Shown here: one piece after another, positions 20,012 through 29,930 of the stretch | Numbering within the stretch: position 1 is the first letter of the stretch | How the letters are laid out: each line of letters starts with the position of its first letter | Assembly: GCA_963663865.1 (NCBI GenBank) | Contig: OY760686.1 | Location: 480,001 to 544,000 of the forward strand | Source of the DNA: Spirochaetota bacterium | Lineage (GTDB): Bacteria > Spirochaetota > UBA4802 > UBA5550 | Reading direction: 5' to 3' | Length of the DNA stretch: 64,000 nucleotides | Position numbers and translations under genes: made by a program | Notes under the pieces: generated by a model | What the model was told of the DNA's origin: nothing | The model's input: only the letters and a program-made list of their open reading frames with translations | Database searches by the model: none

Positions 20012-20470
20012 ATGAAATATAATCTGCTACTTGCGGCGATTCTGCTCCTTGCAGGGTTTCCCGCGGCCGCTCAGGACGCGGGTTCACTGGCTTTTGTCAA
20101 TCAGCTGGACGATAAGGCTTCGGCGACCTGGGGCGACGCGGTGAGATTTTTCGTTCTTACAATGGGCGGTCAGTCTGCCGGATTCCGTAAGGACATCCAG
20201 TTTTTGAACAGCCGCGGCATCTCAACGAATATCGGCCTCGCTGAAGGCGATACGCTTCGGAAGGGAGCAGCGGCCCTCATGGTCGCGAGATATCTCAAGC
20301 TGAGCGATTCTCTCTGGTACAGCATCTTCGGAACCCAGCGCTATGCCTTCAGGGCCTGCGCATCGGCGGGGATAATGCCCGCGAACGGCAGCGAACGCGA
20401 TATCATCAGCGGTCCTGAACTGATAGAGATAATGCGAATAACAGGCGAGATGAGCGGAGGGGACCGATGA
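20012..20470 (+). CDS. Small exported protein, SLH-like, of a spirochete conserved hypothetical type
   Basis: SD GAGGAG; signal peptide AAA-Q; LRKGAAALMVARYL...RYAFRAC...ISGPELIEIM pattern. Confidence 0.65.
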   Translation: MKYNLLLAAILLLAGFPAAAQDAGSLAFVNQLDDKASATWGDAVRFFVLTMGGQSAGFRKDIQFLNSRGISTNIGLAEGDTLRKGAAALMVARYLKLSDSLWYSIFGTQRYAFRACASAGIMPANGSERDIISGPELIEIMRITGEMSGGDR

Positions 20471-21831
20471 AGTTAATGTCTATAAAGAGGATTGCAGCAA
20501 TATCTGTGTTTCTTGTTTCTGCTGTGACCGTTTCTGCTCAGGAGACGGATTCACTCTTTCCCGAGTTCTCACCGGATGTGGACATGAAGAGCTCTGTTCC
20601 TGAAAACAGCTTTTCAAACAGAGGAATCCAGTTTGGAGGCTGGACGGTTCCGGTTTATTTCTCCGACTCATCCTCAGATTCCTCAACATTTGCGAACACC
20701 CTCAGGCTCTGGGGAAGGGCCTGGCTTTGGGAAAACAGCTCAATTTATATCAGAGGAAAATACACGTATACGAGAACCGATGCCGGCGAAGTTGAGTCCG
20801 ACAATATCATCGATCTTGACCTTGGGTATCTGCAGGCGGGGTTTGCTGATAATGCTCTGCGGTTTTCTGCCGGCAGGAAGTACTTTACGTTAGGCAACGG
20901 CTTCATCCTTAACGGAAGAGGCGATGGAGGCGAGATTGAGCTTACAGGCAGAATAGCTGACGTTAAGCTGCTGGCTTCGTACACCGGATTGCTCAAGAAG
21001 GACGATAACCCGTATAATCTGAGCAGTAAGGACTATTCGGACGGAGCAAAGCGTCTCTTCGCCGGCGGGTCAATATCACACACTATTTTTAACCAGACAA
21101 TTTATCTGATGGGGCTCTATCAGAAGGATTATGCCGATGAGACTGAGGTTTCAAAAAGGTACGACTCGCAGTATTATGGCGTCGGGTTAAAGGGGGTTTT
21201 CCCCGCGGGTATTATGTACTACGGTGAAATGTTTATTGAGAAGGGCAGCACCTTCTCTTACAGTTCAGTCGGAAATAATTTGACTGTCAATGAGGAGGAT
21301 ATCGACGCAATAGCTGCCGTAGCGGGTATTAACTGGAACATCGGCTCGGTCTTCAAGCCCCAGCTTATTCTACAGTACTCTTACGGGTCCGCCGACTCTG
21401 ACAGGACAGATTACTCAACACCGTATGGAAACACTGCCTCTACGGATGGGGGCTTTATTCCCTTCGGGACGTATCTTGCCGGGTACGGCCTCAGGCCTCA
21501 GATAGGGAATATGCACGCTTTCAGAGCGGGCATCTCCTTTGCGCCTCTGGATATGTCACAGTCAGTTTTTCTGAACAGGATGACTGTTATTGCCAAGTAT
21601 TCTTATTACCTAAAGGCCGACAAAGACGCTGCAGTCGATACCGGCTACGGAGCGGAACAGGTCCCGGGCGAAGCATTTGTGGGACACGGTATCGATGCAG
21701 GACTCAGATGGCGGATTTTTTCGGATCTGGCTTTATTTGCCAATTATGGCGTTTTTCTTCCCGGAGAGGCATTTGCTTCAGAAGCCGAAAAGAACCACTT
21801 CTTTATGACCGGAATGAATCTCGGGTTTTAG
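20467..21831 (+). CDS. Outer-membrane beta-barrel protein (alginate-export-like)
   Basis: Signal peptide; amphipathic beta-strands; FSAGRKYFTLGNG; C-terminal beta-signal FMTGMNLGF; 4-nt overlap with the upstream gene. Confidence 0.75.
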   Translation: MKLMSIKRIAAISVFLVSAVTVSAQETDSLFPEFSPDVDMKSSVPENSFSNRGIQFGGWTVPVYFSDSSSDSSTFANTLRLWGRAWLWENSSIYIRGKYTYTRTDAGEVESDNIIDLDLGYLQAGFADNALRFSAGRKYFTLGNGFILNGRGDGGEIELTGRIADVKLLASYTGLLKKDDNPYNLSSKDYSDGAKRLFAGGSISHTIFNQTIYLMGLYQKDYADETEVSKRYDSQYYGVGLKGVFPAGIMYYGEMFIEKGSTFSYSSVGNNLTVNEEDIDAIAAVAGINWNIGSVFKPQLILQYSYGSADSDRTDYSTPYGNTASTDGGFIPFGTYLAGYGLRPQIGNMHAFRAGISFAPLDMSQSVFLNRMTVIAKYSYYLKADKDAAVDTGYGAEQVPGEAFVGHGIDAGLRWRIFSDLALFANYGVFLPGEAFASEAEKNHFFMTGMNLGF

Positions 21832-21842
21832 GGGTTTACTTG

Positions 21843-21875
21843 CGAAGCGCATTGCCTTTCAGGCGTTGCGCTTCG
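21843..21875. terminator. Hairpin between the convergent barrel and marR genes (possible bidirectional terminator)
   Basis: CGAAGCGCA-TTGCCT-TTC-AGGCGT-TGCGCTTCG. Confidence 0.55.
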
Positions 21876-22419
21876 GTCCCCATATGTCAAAGTAGGCGCT
21901 GTCATTATCCAGCATTTCTTTCATTTTTACAAGGATATCCTCAAGCAGCTCAAGCTGCTCCTCTGAAAGCCTGTCCAGCTTCTGTGTAATCGCTTTGTTG
22001 ATAGCGGTTTTGCCCTTTTTCAGTATTGAATTTCCAGCAGCGGTGAGCGAAACGTGAATCACCCTTCTGTCATCAGGATCGTTCTCTCTTATAGCGAATC
22101 CTTTCTCGATGAGCTTGTTTATCAGAGTGGTCACATTGGGTTTGGACATGGACAGCGCCTTGCTTATCTGCGTCATCGTGGCGCGTTTTTTGTGCATAAT
22201 AAAAATCATAGCGTGTACGTCTGAAGGGGAGAGCACATTCGGCAGCGCGTTGTGCGGCGGCCTGAAGTAGTGGTTCATGAAAGTTGGCGGATAGAACAGC
22301 ATATCCTTGAGATTTTTGATTGATTCAGAACGTGTCATGTTATTCCTCTTACTGGCGCGCCGCGGGTCCGCGGCGCTTTTTTTATTTTTCGGATCAGCCT
22401 TTCTTTTTCTTTGCGGCAT
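21859..22419 (-). CDS. MarR-family transcriptional regulator
   Basis: MSKPNVTTLINKLIEKGFAIRENDPDDRRVIHVSLTAAG winged-helix motif; true start may be further downstream. Confidence 0.92.
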   Translation of the reverse strand: MPQRKRKADPKNKKSAADPRRASKRNNMTRSESIKNLKDMLFYPPTFMNHYFRPPHNALPNVLSPSDVHAMIFIMHKKRATMTQISKALSMSKPNVTTLINKLIEKGFAIRENDPDDRRVIHVSLTAAGNSILKKGKTAINKAITQKLDRLSEEQLELLEDILVKMKEMLDNDSAYFDIWGPKRNA

Positions 22420-25400
22420 TTTCCGGTTTTCTTACAATAATTCTGGCTTCCGTGGCCGATCTGAACCTGTCGATGTACCCGAAGACCGCAGGAACTGCCA
22501 CAAGCGTCACCAGCGTTGAAATGACGATCCCGCCGATAATCGAAATACCCATCGACTGGCGCATTTGAGCCGCCTTGCCTATCCCCATAGCAAGAGGAAC
22601 CATTCCGGCAATCATGGCAAAAGTTGTCATGAGAATCGGCCTGAGCCGCCTTATTCCTGCCTGCAGAATCGCCTCCTTACGGTCCAGTCCGGAGTTGATT
22701 CCCTGAACGGCATTGTCAACAAGGAGGATTGAATTCTTTGTCACAAGCCCCACAAGCATAATCATGCCTATCATGCTGAATATATCAAGCATAAAACCTG
22801 TTATATACAGCGAGAAAAAAGCTCCGGTTATTGCTGGAGGAATCGCGAGAAGTATCGTGAACGGCGTCACAAATGATTCGTAAAGGCTTGCCAGGACAAG
22901 ATATATGAACAAAATCGCCATTAGCAGGGCGAAAACTATGCTGTCTGCCGTTTCCGCGAAGTTTTCAGAAGAGCCGCTGTAGCTGTAAGCTACGCCTTCA
23001 GGCAGCTTTATTTTGCTTTCGACAAGCTTTTGTACCTTTTCCATGGCGCTTCCAACGCCTTCTCCGGCAGCAAGGTTAGCTGTTATTTTGACAATGTATG
23101 CCTTGTTCCTTCTGTTTATTTCGGCAGAGCCTGTTGTCATCTCAGCAGCGGCGATTGAGCTCAGGTTTATCATCTTGCCGGAAACGTTCGGCACCTGCAT
23201 TGAGTAGAATAGCTTTCTGAGGTCTCTCTGCTCCGGCCTAAGGCGGGCCCTTATGTCGTAGTTATAGCTGTTTTCCTTAAAAGTACCGACTACAGCTCCT
23301 GTAATGTTATATCGCATCTCAATTCCGGCGCTTGTATTAGCTACTCCGAGGGCCTGCATCCTGTGAGGGTTGAAGTTGACTCTGAGTTCAGGGCTGCCCG
23401 GCTTCATGCTTGAGTCGATGTCGATAAGGCCCGGCACAGTTTTTATGGCTTCCAGTATCTTCCCTGCGCTGTCTTCAACAGTGAGCAGGTCGTTTCCAGA
23501 GACAATCATGATGAATGGAGCTCCCCTTTTGCTGCTTCCGGCATCGTCAACCGAAGGCCGGGCGTAGTCGAATTCCTTCATGAAGGATCGGACTTTCAGC
23601 ATATTGTCGTCTGTGTCGTGCTTGCGTTCATCTTTCAGGACAATGTTGATTGAGCCTTTGGCTGCTTCGCCCGCAGAGTTGCCCACTGACACACTGTAGT
23701 ATTCCAGGTCCCGCAGGGTCCTGATTTTATCTTCAATTTTTTCAAGGGTTTCCCTTGTACCCTGAAGGCTTGTTCCAGGAGGCATTTCAATGTTTACTGA
23801 AAACTGTCCTCTGTCTCCTCTCGGGAAAAAGGTCTTTTTTACCCCTCCGAGCAGAATGATGCCGCAGAAAAAGACGAGCACTGTCGCTGTAATTACTACA
23901 ATTGGATGTCTCAGAGAAAGGTGCATCAGCTTTTCGTACCAGATGTCGAACCTGTCCTGAAGCTTCATAAAGACACGTATAACCGGGTTTGCGGACTTCT
24001 CTCCGCTGCCAGCGAAGTAAGCGCTCAGGAACGGCGCAACTGTAAGGGCGTCAAATGTGCTTATCATCATCGCGAATATTACGGTAAAACCAAACTGCTT
24101 GAACATCTTTCCAACTGCCCCGCTGAGCATGCCTATTGGGAAGAAAACGGCGATAATTGCAAGCGTTGTCGCAATTACCGCAAGCATGACCTCTGTTGTT
24201 CCTATTTCGGCAGCTTTGTGAGAGTCCATACCGGTTTCAAGTTTTCGAAAAATATTTTCTCTTACGACAATGGCGTCATCGACGAGAAGACCTACAACAA
24301 GTGAAAGCGCCATGAGCGTCATAATATTGAAGCTGTAACCCATAAAGTTCATTACGATTACCGCTCCGAGGAGGCTGTTAGGTATGGCGACAGCGGTAAT
24401 AATTGTAGACCTTACATTTCCGAGGAAAAGGTAGACTACAAACACGGCCAGTATTATCCCCAGGACAATTGACAATATGGCTTCATCAACGTTAGTCCTT
24501 ATCCATTCGGACTGGTCGTGGGTCACGAAAAGGCTTGAATTGCCATCCTGACCTTTGAGCTGTTCGTTGATATCCTTTATCTTCTCCCGAACGCCGTCAG
24601 TAACAGTGACGGTGTTTTTTCCGGACTGTTTTACCACAGAAAGATAAACGCATGACTGAATGCCTCTTGCAGATGAGGTCTTTTTATCAGGGAAGTATAT
24701 GTATCCTTCACTGGTTACATCTTCGAGGCCGTCCTTGACCTCGCCCAGTGTGTCCACGCTGACGGAGTTTCCGAGGTCACCGGAAAAAGCCAGCAGAGTT
24801 TTGCCTATATCATTGATTCTCGTGTAGTCGCCCATTGAACGGAAAACAGTCTGGGTAGAACCATGCTCCTTCTTCCCAATAGGTACATTTTCACCGGAGC
24901 TTTTAATCTGTGACACAACGGATGTCATCGACATGTCATAATCGCGAAGTTTGCGCTGGTCTATTTCCACCTGAATTTCACGTTTTGTTCCGCCGGTGAT
25001 GGTTACATTTCCCACGTCTTTTAGCCTGGCGAGCTGGGGCTTTATCACCTCGTTCGCAAGGTCGTAGATTTTTGCCTTCGGCAGATCAGAAGTAAGTGCG
25101 AGAGTGATTACAGCTGTGGCGTCCGGGTCAAACTTCATGACGACCGGATCGTTTTCAAGGTCGTCTGGCAGATTGTTCATGGCGGTGTCAATCTTGTCGC
25201 GGACGTCCTGCGCAGCTTTGTCAACATCAATATCCATATTAAACTCAAGCGTTATGGAGGAATAGCTCTCGATATTTGTTGAGTTAATATGCTTGAGACC
25301 TTCAAGGGAGCCAAGCTCATCTTCAAGGGGCTTCGTGATCAGTGTTTCTATTTCGGTGGGCGATGCGCCTGAATACACAGTCGTAACTCCCACTGTTGGA

Positions 25401-25525
25401 AAAGAAACATCCGGGAAAAGTTCGAGAGGAATTGTTCTGTACGATATTGCGCCTATAATGATGATTATCAGGACAATACATGTTATGAATATCGGTCTTT
25501 TTATTGCGAGTTTCGCGGGATTCAT
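22394..25525 (-). CDS. RND efflux permease (AcrB/AcrD/AcrF family)
   Basis: 1043 aa; LFPDVSFP, GLLVDDAIVVREN, KNSILLVD and RLRPILMTT. Confidence 0.96.
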   Translation of the reverse strand: MNPAKLAIKRPIFITCIVLIIIIIGAISYRTIPLELFPDVSFPTVGVTTVYSGASPTEIETLITKPLEDELGSLEGLKHINSTNIESYSSITLEFNMDIDVDKAAQDVRDKIDTAMNNLPDDLENDPVVMKFDPDATAVITLALTSDLPKAKIYDLANEVIKPQLARLKDVGNVTITGGTKREIQVEIDQRKLRDYDMSMTSVVSQIKSSGENVPIGKKEHGSTQTVFRSMGDYTRINDIGKTLLAFSGDLGNSVSVDTLGEVKDGLEDVTSEGYIYFPDKKTSSARGIQSCVYLSVVKQSGKNTVTVTDGVREKIKDINEQLKGQDGNSSLFVTHDQSEWIRTNVDEAILSIVLGIILAVFVVYLFLGNVRSTIITAVAIPNSLLGAVIVMNFMGYSFNIMTLMALSLVVGLLVDDAIVVRENIFRKLETGMDSHKAAEIGTTEVMLAVIATTLAIIAVFFPIGMLSGAVGKMFKQFGFTVIFAMMISTFDALTVAPFLSAYFAGSGEKSANPVIRVFMKLQDRFDIWYEKLMHLSLRHPIVVITATVLVFFCGIILLGGVKKTFFPRGDRGQFSVNIEMPPGTSLQGTRETLEKIEDKIRTLRDLEYYSVSVGNSAGEAAKGSINIVLKDERKHDTDDNMLKVRSFMKEFDYARPSVDDAGSSKRGAPFIMIVSGNDLLTVEDSAGKILEAIKTVPGLIDIDSSMKPGSPELRVNFNPHRMQALGVANTSAGIEMRYNITGAVVGTFKENSYNYDIRARLRPEQRDLRKLFYSMQVPNVSGKMINLSSIAAAEMTTGSAEINRRNKAYIVKITANLAAGEGVGSAMEKVQKLVESKIKLPEGVAYSYSGSSENFAETADSIVFALLMAILFIYLVLASLYESFVTPFTILLAIPPAITGAFFSLYITGFMLDIFSMIGMIMLVGLVTKNSILLVDNAVQGINSGLDRKEAILQAGIRRLRPILMTTFAMIAGMVPLAMGIGKAAQMRQSMGISIIGGIVISTLVTLVAVPAVFGYIDRFRSATEARIIVRKPENAAKKKKG

Positions 25526-25575
25526 TATTGTCTCCTTTTGTTGTTATCCGTAAGTGATTTCATGATGCCAGGCTT

Positions 25576-26994
25576 TTAAATTACGGTGTCGATATAGTCG
25601 ATGTAATTTGTTATGAGCTGATATTTCAGTTTTACTATTTCTGTTTTTGCGGATGCGATGGAATTCTGTGTCTGTATAAGATATGAAAGATTAAGCCTGC
25701 CGCGCGAGTATTTTCTTTTTTCAGCCGCAAGCTGCCTGTTAAGAGTGTTGAGGTACTCTGTTTTTTTATCAATCATCTGCTTAAGCGCTCTCGCTGATTC
25801 TGAGAGGGTCAGGACTGTTTTTGTGTATGTGTTGACTGCTGCTTCTTTTTCGTATTGAAGCGATTTGAGCTGAATATTAACCGAGTCGAGCCCGCTTTCA
25901 GCCTCATTGTTGCCAAGTTTGTATTCAAACTCAAATCCAAGGTTCCAGTCTCTGTAGGGGAGATCAGAAAAGGCGTCATCCTTGCTCCCGCTTAGGTTTT
26001 TTTGCGTCACTCCGGCAGTGATGTTCAGTTCCGGGAGCAGCCTGTTTTCGTAGACACCTTTCGAGTAACGGAGCTGTTCAAGCGCGAGTGAAAGTATTTT
26101 TGCTGTAGTCGTCTGTTCAAAGCCGATAATACTGTATTCGGAGGTATAGGCTTTTTGATACCATTCATCAAACTCTGTATCAGATGGGCTGATGTCCCTG
26201 CTTCCAAGGTAGACGTAGAGGCTGTTGATCAGGTTGTTCAGTGAAGCTCTGTTGTCTTCAAGAGAGCGCTGATATTCCAGAACAGTGGCTGCTGTTTTCT
26301 GATAGTCATCTTCGTCGGCGAGGCCGTTCTGATAGTTCCGTTTGACCTGACTGCGCTGTATGATTGAGTTGGCAAGCTCCTTTTCTGTGTTGTCGAGCTG
26401 CTTAATGAAAAAAATCCACTGGAAGTACAGCTTTTTGTAAGAGTTAAGTGTTGATTTGTTTGATTCGAGTATTTTGACCTTCTCTATTTCAACCTGCATG
26501 GCGGTGTTGTTCTCAGTAAATCTGTCAATCTTTCCAAGAAAGTTGTAAAGAATAGGCTGTTTTACTGTGATGCCTACTGCTGGTGTGTACGTGTTGCGCG
26601 ATTCAAAAGCGGAAAAGCCTTCCATTCCGCTTCTGGAATAGCCGAGATCAACCTGTACGTCTGTTCCGGTGGATGTGAACTTTTTAGCGAGTCCTGCAGT
26701 AAGCTCCGAACTTATACTATTTCCTGCTTCGTTGCCCAGGTAGGCAAGGACCTGGCTTGATGAGCTGTATGCTCCGGATGAGGTAAGGCTGATATCGCTC
26801 AGGGAACGGGCGCTTTTGAGGGCGTTTATCTGTGTGAGCAGGTCAATCCCGTTGGCCTTAATCTCAGGCATGTTGGATGTCACTGTTTCCAGATACAGTT
26901 TGAAATCAAGGGATTTGGCTTTCTCTGAGACATCCGCACTGAAAGCAGATGTTGAGCAAAGCAATAAGGCTGTCAAGAGTGCTGATTTTCTCAT
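25576..26994 (-). CDS. TolC-family outer-membrane efflux protein
   Basis: Signal peptide; VKQPIL and LLPELNITAG strands; helical repeats; directly upstream of the RND permease. Confidence 0.85.
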   Translation of the reverse strand: MRKSALLTALLLCSTSAFSADVSEKAKSLDFKLYLETVTSNMPEIKANGIDLLTQINALKSARSLSDISLTSSGAYSSSSQVLAYLGNEAGNSISSELTAGLAKKFTSTGTDVQVDLGYSRSGMEGFSAFESRNTYTPAVGITVKQPILYNFLGKIDRFTENNTAMQVEIEKVKILESNKSTLNSYKKLYFQWIFFIKQLDNTEKELANSIIQRSQVKRNYQNGLADEDDYQKTAATVLEYQRSLEDNRASLNNLINSLYVYLGSRDISPSDTEFDEWYQKAYTSEYSIIGFEQTTTAKILSLALEQLRYSKGVYENRLLPELNITAGVTQKNLSGSKDDAFSDLPYRDWNLGFEFEYKLGNNEAESGLDSVNIQLKSLQYEKEAAVNTYTKTVLTLSESARALKQMIDKKTEYLNTLNRQLAAEKRKYSRGRLNLSYLIQTQNSIASAKTEIVKLKYQLITNYIDYIDTVI

Positions 26995-27066
26995 TGGATA
27001 CCATCCATATATTATAAATAATAAATATTATACTAATAAAAAAGGCCATGTTTCTATCCCGTTAAG

Positions 27067-27089
27067 ATTAGTCAATATTTAAAACTAAT
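27067..27089. promoter_or_regulatory. Inverted repeat ATTAGT-N11-ACTAAT; candidate MarR operator
   Basis: Palindrome overlapping a minus-strand TTGACT upstream of tolC. Confidence 0.35.
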
Positions 27090-27262
27090 AAACTATGAAA
27101 GGTTAAAAAGCGAAATGGTTCCGCAGGAAAGTAAAAACGTGATAACTTTACAAATAATCAATATTTTTCTAAAAAAATCAACAATCAATAATGTTCTTTA
27201 CTTAATTGGAATAATAGACTAAACTTACTCATGCTGAGTTGCATAAGTAGTTATTTATATGA

Positions 27263-29779
27263 ATGTCCCGAACGGGACAAGCGCCCATTTTAAGCCCGGT
27301 GGATGGATTTCCTGGCATGATATTCAGAATACTTACAGCCTTTCTTTTGCTAACAGTCGTGTCAGTCTTAGCCGCTGCGGGCAACGCAGTGATGTCTCTC
27401 TCTTCAGAGGAGACTCAGTGGCTTGATGAGCACAAGGGAAGGATAAACCTGGCTTTTGATCCGAATTTCCCGCCCCTCGAATATGTCGATAACGAAGGAA
27501 ACTACAGAGGTTTTTCGGCTGATCTCATCAGGGCTCTTGAAAAAAAAATTGGATTCAGGTTTAACAGGTCAATTTATACCTCGTGGAAAGACGTTCTGGA
27601 CGGAGCGAGACGGGGTGAGGTTGATGTTGTTACAATGCTTTCAGAAACACCTGAGCGCCGAGGGTATCTTTTATTCACCCGCCCCTACATAAGCATTCCG
27701 TTTGTTATTGTTTCAACATCGAAACTGAAAGGAAATGCTGACTTCGAAAACCTGAAGGGGAAAAAGGTCGGTGTTGTCCATTCGTATACCATTCACGAGA
27801 TAGTCATGAGAGAACATCCTGCTATCGATATTGTCCCGGTTGATAATGAACGATCCGGTCTGCTGAAGCTTTCGGCAGGTGAGTTGGATGCAATGGTCAT
27901 GTATGTCTCAACAGCTTCCTATTTCATCAGGAATCTGGGGCTTACGGACATGAGGATTTCAGATGTTGTTAAATACAGGTACGGATTTAGCATTGGTGTC
28001 AGCAATAAGTATCCTATACTGAGGGACATTCTTCAAAGGGCCCTTGATGAAATCGGCAAAGAAGAGATTGATACCTACTACGACCGATGGGTAAAAATCA
28101 GCACAATATTTTTTTATGAAAGCCCCCGATTCTGGCGTACGGCAGGAGTCGTTCTGGGAGCGATTGCGGTTTTTTTACTCCTAATAGTCTACTATAACAG
28201 GAGGCTTAAGGACCAGGTAACAAAAAAAACAAATGAATACATCATGGCCCGCAACAATCTCATCACTGTTTTCAACTCGATTCAGTCTGCCCTGTTTATC
28301 GTTTCAAACAGTGGGGCTATAACCCAGATGAATGTTTCAGCTGTTGAGCTGCTTGAAAATACCGGCAATATTGATTCGGCAGGGGGATTGTTCTGGGAGG
28401 CCGTTCCAGAGCTCAAGTTATACAGGAGCGACTTCGACGGGGTAATCAGAACGCTGAAGCCAAGGAACATCCACAGAATTGATATCGGGCAGAATGAAAG
28501 GCGGTACACAGTCAATGTTTTCTTCATACCAGTGTCATTTGAGGAGGACTCGGGAGCAATTATCCGGATAGATGATATATCTGAGCTCGAAAAAAAAGAA
28601 AAGCTTCTTCGTGACGCCCAAAAAATGGAAATAATTGGGACGCTTGCCGGCGGAATTGCTCATGATTTCAACAATATCCTGGGCGGAATAATCGGGTTTG
28701 TATCTATAATGAAGATAAAACTTGAAAAGGGGGAGAGTATTCCCGAGGAGAGACTGAAAAAATATCTGACGATGCTGGACGAATCGGGTCACAGAGCGGC
28801 GGAACTCGTACAGCAGCTGCTTCTTCTCGGGAAAAAACGGGACCTTGATGCTGTTCCGATTGATCTGAACAGGAAGCTCGAATATATTGTTGATGTATGC
28901 AGAAATTCCTTCGATAAAAGCATTGTAATAAAACCTGGCTTCTATGATTCGCCGGTAATGATTAGCGGGGATCCTGGACAGATTGAGCAGGCCCTGCTTA
29001 ATATTTTTATCAATGCTTCACATGCCATGACAATAATGAGGGCTGAAGATGAGAAGCAGGGCGGTGAGCTGGGATTCTACTTTGACAGGTATACCGCGGA
29101 CGGATATGAGTTTCATCACGACCTGAGTCCGGGTGATTACTGGGTTCTGTCGATATATGATTCAGGAGTCGGGATGACCGGCAGCGATGCGGCCAGGATA
29201 TTCGATCCATTTTTTTCTACCAAGCCGAAGGGACAGGGAACAGGACTGGGCTTAACAATGGTATATAATATAATTACCGGTCATGGCGGCTTTGTGAATG
29301 TGTATTCGGAACGAGGCGTGGGAACGACATTCAAGATCTATCTGCCGGTGCTTGAGTCAGCTGATAACAACAGCGTAGAGGCTTCAGTCAGCAAAGAGGT
29401 GCCGACGGGTGAGGGCTGTATTCTCGTTGTTGATGATGAGCAGGTCATCAGAGAAATTGCCGGCTCGATACTGACTGAATGCGGATATGACGTAGTCACC
29501 GCCGAAAACGGATTTGAGGCGCTGAATATTTTCAGGGAAAGGGCAGCTGAGATTAAACTTGTCTTACTTGATATGGCCATGCCCGGTATGTCTGGACTCG
29601 AGGTATTTGTTGAGCTTCAAAAAATGGATACAGAGGTGCGCGTTCTTCTGTCATCGGGCTTCCGAATGGACGAAAGGGTGCAAAAGGCCATTGGACTCGG
29701 GGTTAAGGGGTTTGTCCAAAAGCCCTATAACTTCCGAAAGCTGGCTGAAGAGGTCGCCTCCGTTATTTCTATGGTGTAG
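27263..29779 (+). CDS. Hybrid sensor histidine kinase (PBPb sensor, PAS-like, HisKA, HATPase, REC)
   Basis: DPNFPPLE solute-binding domain, TM helix, GGIAHDFNNIL H-box, N/G1/F/G2 boxes and receiver VVDDE...LLDMAMPG...KP; start may be 27317. Confidence 0.93.
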   Translation: MSRTGQAPILSPVDGFPGMIFRILTAFLLLTVVSVLAAAGNAVMSLSSEETQWLDEHKGRINLAFDPNFPPLEYVDNEGNYRGFSADLIRALEKKIGFRFNRSIYTSWKDVLDGARRGEVDVVTMLSETPERRGYLLFTRPYISIPFVIVSTSKLKGNADFENLKGKKVGVVHSYTIHEIVMREHPAIDIVPVDNERSGLLKLSAGELDAMVMYVSTASYFIRNLGLTDMRISDVVKYRYGFSIGVSNKYPILRDILQRALDEIGKEEIDTYYDRWVKISTIFFYESPRFWRTAGVVLGAIAVFLLLIVYYNRRLKDQVTKKTNEYIMARNNLITVFNSIQSALFIVSNSGAITQMNVSAVELLENTGNIDSAGGLFWEAVPELKLYRSDFDGVIRTLKPRNIHRIDIGQNERRYTVNVFFIPVSFEEDSGAIIRIDDISELEKKEKLLRDAQKMEIIGTLAGGIAHDFNNILGGIIGFVSIMKIKLEKGESIPEERLKKYLTMLDESGHRAAELVQQLLLLGKKRDLDAVPIDLNRKLEYIVDVCRNSFDKSIVIKPGFYDSPVMISGDPGQIEQALLNIFINASHAMTIMRAEDEKQGGELGFYFDRYTADGYEFHHDLSPGDYWVLSIYDSGVGMTGSDAARIFDPFFSTKPKGQGTGLGLTMVYNIITGHGGFVNVYSERGVGTTFKIYLPVLESADNNSVEASVSKEVPTGEGCILVVDDEQVIREIAGSILTECGYDVVTAENGFEALNIFRERAAEIKLVLLDMAMPGMSGLEVFVELQKMDTEVRVLLSSGFRMDERVQKAIGLGVKGFVQKPYNFRKLAEEVASVISMV

Positions 29780-29930
29780 TATGATTAAGCCGGTCTTATG
29801 CTGAATAATTCACTCAACGCTGCCTGCCGCAAAGCGTAAATATCCCCCCCCCTGAAAAAAGAGTAGAATTCTTTTCTTGACTCAATGGATTGGCGGCAAA
29901 TATTGACATAAACCTAAACAGGGAAAGATC

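Noticed and set aside
29844-29852. C9 tract upstream of prfC as a phase-variation switch
   Set aside because: Lies outside any plausible promoter spacer and precedes a housekeeping gene.
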